Under the pieces are notes generated by a model, which ran no database searches, had not been told where the DNA came from, and was given only the letters and a program-made list of their open reading frames with translations. Below, in pieces: positions 37,966 through 50,674 of a stretch of 54,084 bases of DNA. This stretch comes from Candidatus Krumholzibacteriia bacterium (GTDB lineage Bacteria > Krumholzibacteriota > Krumholzibacteriia > LZORAL124-64-63), in assembly GCA_046484865.1 (NCBI GenBank), contig JAWOID010000035.1, positions 1 through 54,084 on the forward strand, read 5' to 3'. Position 1 is the stretch's first letter. The number at the start of each line of letters is the position of its first letter. Made by a program: the position numbers and the translations under genes.

Positions 37966-38576
37966 GGCGCTTCCCCTTCCTCGGGCGGAGCCGCCGGCGT
38001 CTGCGGCGTGACACCGGCCTCGTCGAGCGCGAGGACGGTGATCCGCTGGTTCGTGTAGATGCAGATCTCGCCGGCCAGTCCGAGCGCGGCGCGGCAGACG
38101 GTGGCGGCGTCCAGGTCGGTGTGCTCCACCAGCGCGCGCGCCGCCGCCAGCGCGTAGGGGCCGCCCGAACCGATGGCCGTCACCCCGTGATCGGACTCGA
38201 TCACGTCGCCATTGCCCGAGACGATGAAGATGTCGTTGCGGTCCATGACCACCATCATCGCCTCCAGTCGGCGCAGGAAGCGGTCCGTGCGCCACTCGCG
38301 GGCCAGCTCCACCGTGGCGCGGCGCAGGTGCCCCCGGTATCGCTCCAGATGGCCCTCGAACTTCTCGAACAGCGTGAAGGCGTCGGCGGCGCCGCCCGCG
38401 AAGCCCACCAGCACGCGATCCTGGAAGAGGGCGCGCACCTTCACCGCCCCGTGCTTGACGGCGGTGTTGCCCAGGGTCACCTGACCGTCGCTGCCGATGG
38501 CGCCGCGCCCGTCGCGCAGCACCGCGAGCACGGTGGTCGAGCGGATGCGGCCGTCTTCGGTGCGGGGCTGCGTCAT
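37962..38576 (-). CDS. hslV: ATP-dependent protease peptidase subunit HslV
   Basis: STTVL, DGQVT, GFAG..ADAFTL, IGSGG, ICIYTN. Confidence 0.96.
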   Translation of the reverse strand: MTQPRTEDGRIRSTTVLAVLRDGRGAIGSDGQVTLGNTAVKHGAVKVRALFQDRVLVGFAGGAADAFTLFEKFEGHLERYRGHLRRATVELAREWRTDRFLRRLEAMMVVMDRNDIFIVSGNGDVIESDHGVTAIGSGGPYALAAARALVEHTDLDAATVCRAALGLAGEICIYTNQRITVLALDEAGVTPQTPAAPPEEGEAP

Positions 38577-39568
38577 GGCTCCTCCTCCTCCACGTCGGTC
38601 CGGCCGGCGGCCGCCGCCAGCGCGCGCGGGTGCGCCTGGCGGAAGGCGTCGCGCAGGCGGGCCCGCGACAGATGCGTGTACACCTGGGTCGTGGCCAGAT
38701 GCCGATGACCCAGCAGTTCCTGAACCACGCGGATGCCGGCCCCGCCGTCCAGCAGGTGGGTGGCGAAGCTGTGGCGCAGGGTGTGCGGCGAGATGCCGGT
38801 GATGCCCGCGAGTCGCTCCGCGTACCGCCCCACCAGGGCCTGCACCGTGCGCCGGCCGATGCGGCGGCCGGGACGCCCCTCGAAGACGGGACGCCGCCCC
38901 AGCCCGCCCCGCAGGATGCCGTCGCGCAGATCGTGCCACGCCGCCGGGTCCAGCCGGTCGGCGAGATGGACCCGCAGGGCGCGGTCGGCCTCCCCCGCCA
39001 GCGGCAGCACGCGCTCCTTGCTGCCCTTGCCCAGCACCCGCACGGTGCCGCCGGGAAGATCGACGTCGCCCACGTCCAGGCCCACCAGTTCGGCCAGGCG
39101 CAGGCCGAGTCCGTAGAGCAGCTCGAGGATGGCGCGATCGCGCCGCCCGCGCGGCGTCCCGGTGTCCGGCAGGGCCAGCAGGCGTTCGGTCATCTCCTCG
39201 CCGAGTTCGCGCGGCAGCGGCCGGCGCCGGCCACCGCTGCCGCGGACGAGGTTCTCCGGCGCCGCACCCACCAGGCCGGCGAGCGCCAGGTACCGGTACA
39301 ACCCGCGGATGGCGGCCAGGTGCCGGTCCACGGTGGCCGGGCTGCGTCCGGCCGCCCTCAGGCGCGCGAGATGGGCGCGCACGAGCGCGCGCTGCCCCTC
39401 CAGGCGCGACAGGTCGCCGGTCGCGGCGCCCGGCGGCAGCACGCCCAGCGATCGCGCGGTGGCCAGGAACGACGCCAGGTCGCGCTCGTACGCCGCCACG
39501 GTGCGGGGACTGAGGCCGCGCTCCACCGTCAGGTGCTGCAGAAAGGGCGAGAGGACCGGGTCCGCCAC
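38573..39568 (-). CDS. xerC: Tyrosine recombinase XerC
   Basis: RDRAILELLYGLGLR, GKGSKER, SPHTLRHSFATH, LGH, TTQVY; trmFO-xerC-hslVU context. Confidence 0.88.
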   Translation of the reverse strand: MADPVLSPFLQHLTVERGLSPRTVAAYERDLASFLATARSLGVLPPGAATGDLSRLEGQRALVRAHLARLRAAGRSPATVDRHLAAIRGLYRYLALAGLVGAAPENLVRGSGGRRRPLPRELGEEMTERLLALPDTGTPRGRRDRAILELLYGLGLRLAELVGLDVGDVDLPGGTVRVLGKGSKERVLPLAGEADRALRVHLADRLDPAAWHDLRDGILRGGLGRRPVFEGRPGRRIGRRTVQALVGRYAERLAGITGISPHTLRHSFATHLLDGGAGIRVVQELLGHRHLATTQVYTHLSRARLRDAFRQAHPRALAAAAGRTDVEEEEP

Positions 39569-39605
39569 GTCGGCTCCTTCGGCTAGGCGGCTCCGCGGCA
39601 CGTTA

Positions 39606-40961
39606 TCACCCGCCCAGGTCGGCGGCAAGGAGGCGGCGCAGGGGGGGCGAGGCGAGATAGGCGTCCAGATCGGCCAGCGAGCGCGCGGCCTGGGCCAGTC
39701 GGCGCTCCTGCTTACCTCTGGCCCCGGGCGGCGGCGGCGGCAGCAGGCCGAAGTTCACGTTCATCGGTGCCAGACGGGTGGTGGTGGTGTCGAAGAGGAA
39801 GCCCTGGTGCAGCGCGCCCAGCAGCGTGGTGCCGGGCCACGGCGGCAGCGCGATCCCGCGCAGGTCGGCCGCCAGCGACCAGGCGGTGAGCAATCCGCCG
39901 GCGAGCGACTCCACGTAGCCCTCCACACCGGTCATCTGTCCGGCGACGCGCACCCGCGGTTCGGCCAGCAGCGCGAAGCCGCGCGTGCACGCCCGCGGCG
40001 TGTCCAGGTAGAAGTTGCGGTGCAGCTGTCCCAGCCGAACGAACTCGGCCCGGTCCAGCCCGGGAATCAGACGGAACACCCGCTTCTGCTCGCCCCGCTT
40101 CAGCCGCGTCTGGAAGCCCACCAGTCCGTAGAGCGTCCCCGCGCTGTTCTCCTGGCGGAGCTGGACCACGGCGTACGCGCGCCGGCCGGTCCGCGGGTCG
40201 TTCAAGCCCACCGGACGCAGCGGACCGAAGCGCAGCGTGTCGCGCCCGGCGGCGGCGATCTCCTCCACGGGTTGACAGCCCTCGAACAGATCCGAGCGAT
40301 CGAACGCAGGCACCTCGGCGCGCTCGGCGCCCAGCAGCTCGTCGTGGAACCGGCGGTACTGCCCGGCGTCCATGGCCGCGTTGAGATAGTCGGCATCGCC
40401 GCGGTCATACCGCGCCGCGCGGAACAGGACGTCGAGATCCAGCGACTCGAGGGTGACCGTCGGCGCGATGGCATCGAAGAAGTGCAGCGGCCGCCGGCCC
40501 GTCAGGCGCTCCAGTTCCACCTGCAACGCCGGGCTCGTCAGCGGGCCGGTGGCCAGGATCCAAACCTCGTCCGGTCCCGGCGCGATGGAATCCACCTCCT
40601 CGCGCCGCACCGAGATGAGCGGCTCGGCCGCGATGCGTTCCTGCACCGCGGCGGAGAAGCGCTCGCGGTCCACGGCCAGTGCCGCGCCGGCCGGCACGGC
40701 GGCCGCGCGGGCGCACGCGAGCAGCCGGCTGCCGAGGCGATCCAGCTCGGCCTTGAAGAGGCCCGAGGCGGTGGCGGGAGCGACGCTCTTGAGGGAGTTG
40801 CTGCAGACGATCTCCGCCAGATCGCCGGTGCGGTGGGCCGGCGTCGTGCGGACCGGACGCATCTCGTGCAGAACGACCGCGTGTCCCAGGCGCGCCAGCT
40901 GCAGCGCCGCCTCGCAGCCGGCGAGGCCGCCGCCGACCACGTGGATCGACGGCGCGGTCAT
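39606..40961 (-). CDS. trmFO: Folate-dependent tRNA (uracil-5-)-methyltransferase
   Basis: GGGLAGCEAA, EIVCSNSL, FEGCQP, GFQTRL, AGQMTGVEGYVES. Confidence 0.95.
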   Translation of the reverse strand: MTAPSIHVVGGGLAGCEAALQLARLGHAVVLHEMRPVRTTPAHRTGDLAEIVCSNSLKSVAPATASGLFKAELDRLGSRLLACARAAAVPAGAALAVDRERFSAAVQERIAAEPLISVRREEVDSIAPGPDEVWILATGPLTSPALQVELERLTGRRPLHFFDAIAPTVTLESLDLDVLFRAARYDRGDADYLNAAMDAGQYRRFHDELLGAERAEVPAFDRSDLFEGCQPVEEIAAAGRDTLRFGPLRPVGLNDPRTGRRAYAVVQLRQENSAGTLYGLVGFQTRLKRGEQKRVFRLIPGLDRAEFVRLGQLHRNFYLDTPRACTRGFALLAEPRVRVAGQMTGVEGYVESLAGGLLTAWSLAADLRGIALPPWPGTTLLGALHQGFLFDTTTTRLAPMNVNFGLLPPPPPGARGKQERRLAQAARSLADLDAYLASPPLRRLLAADLGG

Positions 40962-43837
40962 GTGCCAGAATCGGTGGAACGGTCACCCGCACCGGGCGTC
41001 GTGTCGTCGGACTCGCGGCCGGACGCCGGCGCGGCCTTCCCGTTCGCCGGCTTCTTCGAGGACTCGGCCGCCTTCTTCGCGGTCTTCCTGGCCGGCGTCT
41101 TCCCGGCCTTCTTCGCGACCTTCTTCGCAACCTTCTTCCCGGTCTTCTTCCCGGTCTTCTTCCCGGTCTTCTTCGCGGTCTTCTTCCTCGTCGGTGACTT
41201 GCCACGGCTGCGCGACGGCCCCTGCGCGGCGCGGCGGTCGGTGGCCGCCGCCAGCAACTCCAGCGCTTCTTCCACCGTCACGTCGTCCGGGCTGCGATCA
41301 CGGCCGAGGGTGGCGTTCACCTCGCCGTCGGTCACGTACGGCCCGTAGCGCCCCTTGAGGATCTCCAGCGGCTTGCCGGTCTGCGGATGCGGACCCAGCT
41401 CCCTGAGCACCGGCTTGCGCTTCTTGTTGCGGATCCGCTCGATGGCCTCGTCGAGGGTGATCGAGAAGAGCTGGTGGACGTCGTCGACGCTGGCGAAGAC
41501 CCGGTCGCGCTCGACGTAGGGGCCATAGCGACCGAGCCCCGCTCGCACCGGCTTGCCGGTCTCCGGGTCGGTGCCGATCTCCCGCGGCAGGCTGAGTAGG
41601 CGCAGGGCCAGCTTCATGTCCACCGCGTGCGGCTCGGTGGCGCGCCCCAGCGAGATGCGCCGCGGACGGGGTTCGTCGCCGTCCTCGCCCAGTTGCAGGT
41701 AGGGACCGTACGGGCCGGTGCGCACGTAGACGTTCTGCCCGGTCTCGGGGTGGGTGCCGATCGGCTCGCGCAGCCGCGAGCGCTCGGCGATGAGCTCGAG
41801 CGCCTTCTCCACCGTCAGCTCGTCGATGAGCAGGTCCAGCGGCAAAGGTGCGCTCCGGTCGTCCTCGCCCCCCACCTCGACGTAGTTGAAGTTGCGGCCC
41901 ACCCGCACCTGCACCGGGCGGCCGGTCTCCGGATCGTCGCCCAGCGGGATGACGGGATAGCCGATGCGGCCCATCTCCTCCTCGATGCGCTGCACGAGTC
42001 CCGGTTCGCCGCCGTCGTCGCCGGCGTAGAACCCGCGCAGGAAGGCGACCGCATCACGGCTGCCGCCGGCGATCTCGTCGAGTTCCTCCTCCATGCGCGC
42101 CGTGAACGAAACATCCACGTACCGGGGGAAGTGATCGCGCAGGAGCCGGGTGACGGCGAAGCCGATGTACGCGGGCAGCAACGCCCCCGACTTCTTCACC
42201 ACGTAGCCGCGGTCCTGGATGGTCTGGATGACCGGAGCGTACGTGGACGGGCGGCCGATCCCCTCCTCCTCCAGCTTGCGCACGAGCGTGGCCTCGGTGT
42301 ATCGGGCCGGCGGACTCGTCTCGTGGCGGAGCGGCGTGACCTCGGCGACGGTGACCGGCGCGCGGCCCTCGCCGGCGCCGTGGTCGCCGTCGATGAGCTG
42401 GCCCTCGGCCAGCTCGGGCAGCCGGCTGTCCTTCTCCAGCTCGCCGTACAGCCGCAGGTGGCCCGGAAAGCGCACGATCGAGCCGGTGGCGCGGTACACG
42501 CACGCGCCGTCCGCCACGTCGACGCCCAGGTCCACCGTCGTCTTGTCGAGCAGGGCATCGGCCATCTGGCTGGCCACCGTCCGGTTCCAGATCAGGCGGT
42601 ACAGCTCGAGCTCGCTGCGATCCAGCACCGAAGCGAGGCTCTCCGGTGTGCGGCCGACGTCCGTCGGACGGATGGCCTCATGGGCCTCCTGGGCGCCCTT
42701 GGCTCGCGTGCGGTAGCGGCGCGGACCCTCGCTGTACTCGGCGCCGTACCGTGTGCGCACGAAGTCGGCCATCTCCGCCAGCGCCTTCTCGCTGAGGTTC
42801 GTGGAGTCGGTTCGCATGTAGGTGATCAGTCCCTCGCGGCGCCCGTCGCCAAGGTCGATCCCCTCGTACAGCCGCTGCGCGACGCGCATGATCTGCGTGG
42901 GCGACATCCCCAGCCGCCGGCTCGCCGCCTGCTGGAGCGTGGAGGTGATGAAGGGCGGTCCCGGCCGCTGCCGCGTCTGCTTGCGATCGACGGTGAGGAC
43001 CCGCCAGGGCCGCTGCTCCCGGCAGTCGGCGGCGATCCGTCCAGCCGCCTCGCCGTCGAGCCGCACGCGCGACTGCGGGTCCCGCAGCAGGCCTGTGTCC
43101 GGATCGAAATCCTTGCCACCGGCCACCCGCTGTCCGCCCAGGTGGGTGAGCCGCGCGGTGAAGCCGGGGGATGCGCCCGCCTCGTCCTCGCTGCGCGCCG
43201 TCGCGGTGGGCGCCAGCAAGGCCTCGATGTCGAAGTACTCGGCCTTCCGGAAGGCTCGGCGCTCCTCCTCGCGCTCGACGACGAGTCGCACGGCCACGCT
43301 CTGCACGCGGCCGGCGCTGAGCTTCGTGCGCACCTTCTTCCAGAGCACCGGTGAGAGCGTGTAGCCGTAGAGGCGGTCCAGGATGCGCCGGCTCTCCTGG
43401 GCCCGCACGAGCTGATCATCCACGTCGCGCGGGCTGCTCAGGGCCGCCTCGATGGCGCTGCGGGTGATCTCGTGGAACGTGATGCGCTTGACCGGCACGG
43501 TGGGTTTGAGCACCTCGAGCAGGTGCCAGCTGATCGCCTCGCCCTCGCGGTCCTCGTCCGTGGCCAGCAGCAGCTCGTCCGCGTCCCGCAGCAGCTTCTT
43601 CAGCTCGTCCACACGCTTCTTGCTGTCCGCCGGCACGACGTAGATGGGATGGAAGTCGGCGTCGGGGTCGACGCCGAGTCGGGCCCAGCCCTCCTTCCGG
43701 TAGCGCGCGGGGATCTCCCGGGCGGAACCGGGAAGGTCGCGGATGTGGCCGTAGCTCGCGGCCACCCGATAGCCGTCGCCGAGAAAGCGCTCGATGGTCC
43801 GCGCCTTCGCCGGACTTTCAACGATGATCAGCTTCAA
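40958..43837 (-). CDS. topA: DNA topoisomerase I
   Basis: LIIVESPAKA, ATDEDREGE, ITYMRTDS, QEAHEAIRP, GRYGPY C-terminal repeats, Lys-rich tail; TTG start after AAGGAG. Confidence 0.96.
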   Translation of the reverse strand: MKLIIVESPAKARTIERFLGDGYRVAASYGHIRDLPGSAREIPARYRKEGWARLGVDPDADFHPIYVVPADSKKRVDELKKLLRDADELLLATDEDREGEAISWHLLEVLKPTVPVKRITFHEITRSAIEAALSSPRDVDDQLVRAQESRRILDRLYGYTLSPVLWKKVRTKLSAGRVQSVAVRLVVEREEERRAFRKAEYFDIEALLAPTATARSEDEAGASPGFTARLTHLGGQRVAGGKDFDPDTGLLRDPQSRVRLDGEAAGRIAADCREQRPWRVLTVDRKQTRQRPGPPFITSTLQQAASRRLGMSPTQIMRVAQRLYEGIDLGDGRREGLITYMRTDSTNLSEKALAEMADFVRTRYGAEYSEGPRRYRTRAKGAQEAHEAIRPTDVGRTPESLASVLDRSELELYRLIWNRTVASQMADALLDKTTVDLGVDVADGACVYRATGSIVRFPGHLRLYGELEKDSRLPELAEGQLIDGDHGAGEGRAPVTVAEVTPLRHETSPPARYTEATLVRKLEEEGIGRPSTYAPVIQTIQDRGYVVKKSGALLPAYIGFAVTRLLRDHFPRYVDVSFTARMEEELDEIAGGSRDAVAFLRGFYAGDDGGEPGLVQRIEEEMGRIGYPVIPLGDDPETGRPVQVRVGRNFNYVEVGGEDDRSAPLPLDLLIDELTVEKALELIAERSRLREPIGTHPETGQNVYVRTGPYGPYLQLGEDGDEPRPRRISLGRATEPHAVDMKLALRLLSLPREIGTDPETGKPVRAGLGRYGPYVERDRVFASVDDVHQLFSITLDEAIERIRNKKRKPVLRELGPHPQTGKPLEILKGRYGPYVTDGEVNATLGRDRSPDDVTVEEALELLAAATDRRAAQGPSRSRGKSPTRKKTAKKTGKKTGKKTGKKVAKKVAKKAGKTPARKTAKKAAESSKKPANGKAAPASGRESDDTTPGAGDRSTDSGT

Positions 43838-43894
43838 CCGTGGGGCTCCTTGCGGCCGATCCCGCACGCCGGGAGGCGACCGCGATCCGGTCTG

Positions 43895-44374
43895 TCAATG
43901 ATGGCGAGGCTCGTCGCGCAGGCCCCGGAAACCGATTCCCGCGTCGGCGGCGACGATCTGGTCGAGCAGGTTTTCGACGTCGCTGCGCCGCAGGCGGGTC
44001 CCGTCACCCAGGGATGCGAGGTGGACGAGGAACTCGAACTGCCGCCAGCTGATCTGGCCGCTCTGGCGCAACTCGACCAGATACCCCTGCGCGTCGGGGG
44101 ACAGATAACGGCGTTCCGTCTCCGCCAGCAAGCGCACCGCCCGCGGCGAAGGCGATTCGGCATCGGGCGAATCGAGCCAGAACGACGCGTCGCCCCGCCA
44201 CCAGCCGTCGGTGAGCCACTCCAGCAACTCGCCCAGGTCGCTCTCGTCCAGGCCATGGGCGGCGAGCTGGTCGCGGAGCCTCCGGTGGTCGGGCGTGTCC
44301 ACCGCCCCGCCGTCGCGCAGGCATTCCAGCAGCACGAGCAGGAGGTTCTCGATGCGTTCTCGGGTGGGATCCAT
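43895..44374 (-). CDS. Smg/DUF494-like protein
   Basis: Size, position upstream of topA and the motif ERRYLSPDAQGYLVEL...I....FE. Confidence 0.6.
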   Translation of the reverse strand: MDPTRERIENLLLVLLECLRDGGAVDTPDHRRLRDQLAAHGLDESDLGELLEWLTDGWWRGDASFWLDSPDAESPSPRAVRLLAETERRYLSPDAQGYLVELRQSGQISWRQFEFLVHLASLGDGTRLRRSDVENLLDQIVAADAGIGFRGLRDEPRHH

Positions 44375-44413
44375 CGCTGCCTTTCCCGCGGTTGCGGTGC
44401 AACCGCGGGCGGG

Positions 44414-44442
44414 ACGCTAGCACACGTTCCCGGTCGGGGCAA
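44414..44442 (-). promoter_or_regulatory. Possible promoter of the smg-topA operon
   Basis: TTGCCC - 17 bp - TAGCGT with an extended TG. Confidence 0.35.
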
Positions 44443-44454
44443 GGCGGCCGCCGC

Positions 44455-47517
<3,063 letters not shown>

Positions 47518-47567
47518 GGGTGCGCATCTCCTCGTGATCTGTCGCGGCGTGTCGAACGACCGCGGGC

Positions 47568-47597
47568 AAGTTAAGAGGGGCGAGCGAGGGGTGTCAA
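47568..47597 (-). promoter_or_regulatory. sigma70-type promoter of secA
   Basis: TTGACA - 18 bp - TAACTT. Confidence 0.6.
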
Positions 47598-47621
47598 CGA
47601 AACGGTCCGACCGTTCCCGGG

Positions 47622-48299
47622 TCAGGCGCCGCCGGCGGCGCCGAGCGCGACCTGCACCGCAGCCGCCACCGCGGACGGCAGCACCAGGTTGTCCCAGCGG
47701 CCCGGAACCAGGCGTTCCACCAGCGCGGCGACGGTCGCGCCGGCCAGCATCGCCAGGGGCTGCAGTCCCACGGCCGCAGCGATCATCACGAGAGAAACCG
47801 CCCAGCAGGCAAAGGTTCCGGCGGCGGTCTTGTCGGTCGGCCGCCCGCGCGTGGCCCCCTGAGCGGCATTCCGTGCCACGCGGCGCCGCCGCCGGACGGC
47901 TTGCCCCACGAGGGCGGCCGCCGCGTCGCCCGCCGCCAGGCACAGCATCCCCGCCGCCGCCGCGGCCGGCGCGAAGAGCAGGACGGCGGCGGCATACCCG
48001 ACCGCGAGGAACGAGGCGCCCGAGAGCACGCGAGCCTCGTCCGGGCGCAGGATCCCCGGCGCGAGGCGGGTGAGGGCCCGGCGCCAGCGCTCCGAGCGCA
48101 GGCGCGCCCCGTCCAGCGCGAGCGCCGTCGCCGCCGCCAGCACGAGGGTCGCCACGGCGACCGCGCGCGGCGCCACGAGCGGAACGATCGCGAGCACGCC
48201 GGTCGCCGCGTGCACCGCCTTGCGCCGCCACTCCGGAGCGGGCAGCGAGCCGGTTCCGCGCTGCGCTCCCGGCGTGGGCGGCCGCAGGCTGCCGGTCAC
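47622..48299 (-). CDS. Polyprenol/phytol/dolichol kinase-like membrane protein (CTP-dependent family)
   Basis: [25 protein letters not shown], multiple TM helices; GTGA overlap with the upstream gene. Confidence 0.7.
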   Translation of the reverse strand: MTGSLRPPTPGAQRGTGSLPAPEWRRKAVHAATGVLAIVPLVAPRAVAVATLVLAAATALALDGARLRSERWRRALTRLAPGILRPDEARVLSGASFLAVGYAAAVLLFAPAAAAAGMLCLAAGDAAAALVGQAVRRRRRVARNAAQGATRGRPTDKTAAGTFACWAVSLVMIAAAVGLQPLAMLAGATVAALVERLVPGRWDNLVLPSAVAAAVQVALGAAGGA

Positions 48300-50674
48300 C
48301 GCCCCGCCTCGTTGCCGGGATCGGGGAGGTCGATCTGAAGGATGCCACGGTAGATCTCGCGATCCGTGAGCACCCGCGGCACGTAGCCGCGCGTCTCGGC
48401 GTAGCCGATCCAGCTCACGAACAGCTCCGGGTCGGTGCGCCCCCCGAGCTGGCGCACCCAGCGGTCGACCGCGCCCGGACCGGCGTTGTACGCGGCCAGC
48501 GCCCGGTAGGGATCGAAGTCGTAGCGCTGCAGGTTCTCCGCCATCAGCGCACCGCCGAGCGCGATGTTGTGTCCGGCCTGGCTCCAGTGCGCCGGTCCGT
48601 CGCCCACCAGGCTGTCCATGGCGAAATGGAACGGCATCACCTGCAGCCAGCCCAGCGCGCCGGCCCGCGAGCGCACCGCCGGCTCGAAGAGCGATTCGTT
48701 CCGCGCCGTCGCCAGCAGCAACGCCGTCTCCACCGGCGCCGCGGCCACCGCGTCGAGCACCGGTCCCGGCCCCGGCAACGGGTAGAGGAACAGACGCTTC
48801 GCGTCGGCATCGAGATCGCCCGCGCTGCGCAATCCGATCGCCACCGCCACGGTGCCGCGCGCATCGCCGGCGGCCAGCGCGAAGCCGAGCAGGGCGTGCT
48901 CCGTCAACCAGCCCCGGTCGCCCCGGGCGCGCAACCTGCCCACGAGTCTCGGGATCGGCGACGGCTCCGGGCGAATGCCGCCGGCGGCGGCGTGCAGCAC
49001 GTCCTCGGTGAAGATCCAGCCGAGCAACGGCCCGACCAGCTCGCTGCGGGCGAGATACCGGCCCACCGCGGCGCAGGCGGCGGCGTGCCGCTCGCGTCCC
49101 GGGGCGAGCGACGGCAGGCTCTGCAGGCTCGCGACGTACTCGAGCGCCTGATCGCTGCGAGCGCCCCCACGCTCGTGCAGGCTCACGCCCCAGCGCGCCC
49201 ACTCCCGCCACAGCGAATCCGCAAGCGCCGCCTGGCGGGCCGGCAGATCGAGCAGCGGACCCCGGTCCACCGGGGCCGCTCCGCCCTGCCGGACCCGCGC
49301 GGCGGCCCGCTCGCGCGCATCGACCGGGACCGGCGCCACCTCCGGTCGGCCGAGATCCCGGAGCCAGGTCTGGCTGCCGGCGACGAACAGCTCCGCCGCA
49401 TCCCCGGGCAGCAGTTCCAGCGCCATCTCCGCCGCCCGCCGCCCCTCGTCGGGGCGCGCCCGGGCGGCCGCCAGCGCCATCACCTGCTCCGACCAGACCC
49501 GGACCTGGCGCGCGACGGGGTCGCCCACTCCCGCGGAAACGAGCAGCAGCGCCTCGTGCAACGACGCCAGCCCGGGTTCCCAGCGGCCGGCGATCAGGTG
49601 GATCTCAGATGCGCGCCGCCAGAGGTCGGCCCTGAGCGCCGCTCCCAGGTCGGTGCGCCGCGCGAGGTCCTCGTAGCGACTTGTGTCGCCCCGATGGAGC
49701 CGCCGCTGTCCGCGCACCCAGGCCGACTGCAGCGCCCCGTCCCGGGGCGGGTCGGGGTACCGCGCGAAATGCGCGGGGAGGTCGGCTTCCGCCAGGAGCA
49801 CCGCACCGAGCGCGGCGGACTCGTCGTCCGTGAAGCCCCAGCCCGCCAGTTCCTGCGGGCGCGCCCAGCCCGCGCCCAGCCTCAGCAGCAGTTGCACAGC
49901 GGCTGCCGGTTCGCCACCGCCCGGCAGCAGGCTCTCGCCCCGGGCCCTCCGCCGGGCCAGCCACAGCGCCCAGCCGGAGTGCACGTCGTAGGGGCCGAGG
50001 TCCTCGAGTTCGGGCCAGAGGGGCTCGGCAAGGGTCGTCGCTGCGGCCCCGGCGAGCCGCTCCTCGAGGAGGCGGACCCTCAGGCTCCAGACCAGGACCT
50101 CCTCCGCGCTCAGTCCCAGGGCCGCTGCGCGCGCCAGACCACGCCGGAGCAGGTCGGCCGCGGGCGCCGGCCGGCCCCCCGCCGCGGCATGGAGCGCCGC
50201 GTGGACGACGACGTCCTTGAGCCAGGGATCGCCAGGCGGCGCCTCCAGCCAGTCCGGCCCGGGCGGGGCCGCCGCCTCGAGCGCGTCCAGCAGAGCCAGC
50301 CGTTCCGCCCGCCAGGACTCCGCCCGTGCGGCCGACCCGACCGCGGGCAGCAGCAGCCGCCAGGTCAGCAGCCGGTCCTCGCGCGGCAGTTCGTGTTCAC
50401 CGAGGCAGGCACGCGCGACGTCCAGCCAGACCGCATCCACGCGGCTCGGCTCGAGCAGGTCGCGCGGCCAGCCGTCCTGCAGGTCGAGATCCGAAGGATC
50501 GCGGTAGAGGCCCGCACGGAAACGCTCGAGGAAAGGGTCGTGCACCGGCCCGGCCGCCGCCGTCGGCGGCGTTCCCAGGAGGACCAGGCACGCTCCGGCG
50601 AGCGCGGCCAGCGCCGCGCCGCGGAACCACGGCGGAAGAGGCCGGATCCGTCCGGCCGGATCACGCGACGTCAC
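48296..50674 (-). CDS. Exported soluble lytic transglycosylase (large helical N-terminus plus SLT domain)
   Basis: Signal peptide; [30 protein letters not shown]. Confidence 0.85.
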   Translation of the reverse strand: MTSRDPAGRIRPLPPWFRGAALAALAGACLVLLGTPPTAAAGPVHDPFLERFRAGLYRDPSDLDLQDGWPRDLLEPSRVDAVWLDVARACLGEHELPREDRLLTWRLLLPAVGSAARAESWRAERLALLDALEAAAPPGPDWLEAPPGDPWLKDVVVHAALHAAAGGRPAPAADLLRRGLARAAALGLSAEEVLVWSLRVRLLEERLAGAAATTLAEPLWPELEDLGPYDVHSGWALWLARRRARGESLLPGGGEPAAAVQLLLRLGAGWARPQELAGWGFTDDESAALGAVLLAEADLPAHFARYPDPPRDGALQSAWVRGQRRLHRGDTSRYEDLARRTDLGAALRADLWRRASEIHLIAGRWEPGLASLHEALLLVSAGVGDPVARQVRVWSEQVMALAAARARPDEGRRAAEMALELLPGDAAELFVAGSQTWLRDLGRPEVAPVPVDARERAAARVRQGGAAPVDRGPLLDLPARQAALADSLWREWARWGVSLHERGGARSDQALEYVASLQSLPSLAPGRERHAAACAAVGRYLARSELVGPLLGWIFTEDVLHAAAGGIRPEPSPIPRLVGRLRARGDRGWLTEHALLGFALAAGDARGTVAVAIGLRSAGDLDADAKRLFLYPLPGPGPVLDAVAAAPVETALLLATARNESLFEPAVRSRAGALGWLQVMPFHFAMDSLVGDGPAHWSQAGHNIALGGALMAENLQRYDFDPYRALAAYNAGPGAVDRWVRQLGGRTDPELFVSWIGYAETRGYVPRVLTDREIYRGILQIDLPDPGNEAGR

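Noticed and set aside
28329..39568. Two tyrosine recombinases as signs of a prophage or integrative element
   Set aside because: Both are ~310-330 aa Xer-type proteins in housekeeping contexts with no mobile cargo.
43893..43898. TTGACA on the minus strand upstream of topA
   Set aside because: No plausible -10 at 16-18 bp; it coincides with the smg stop codon.
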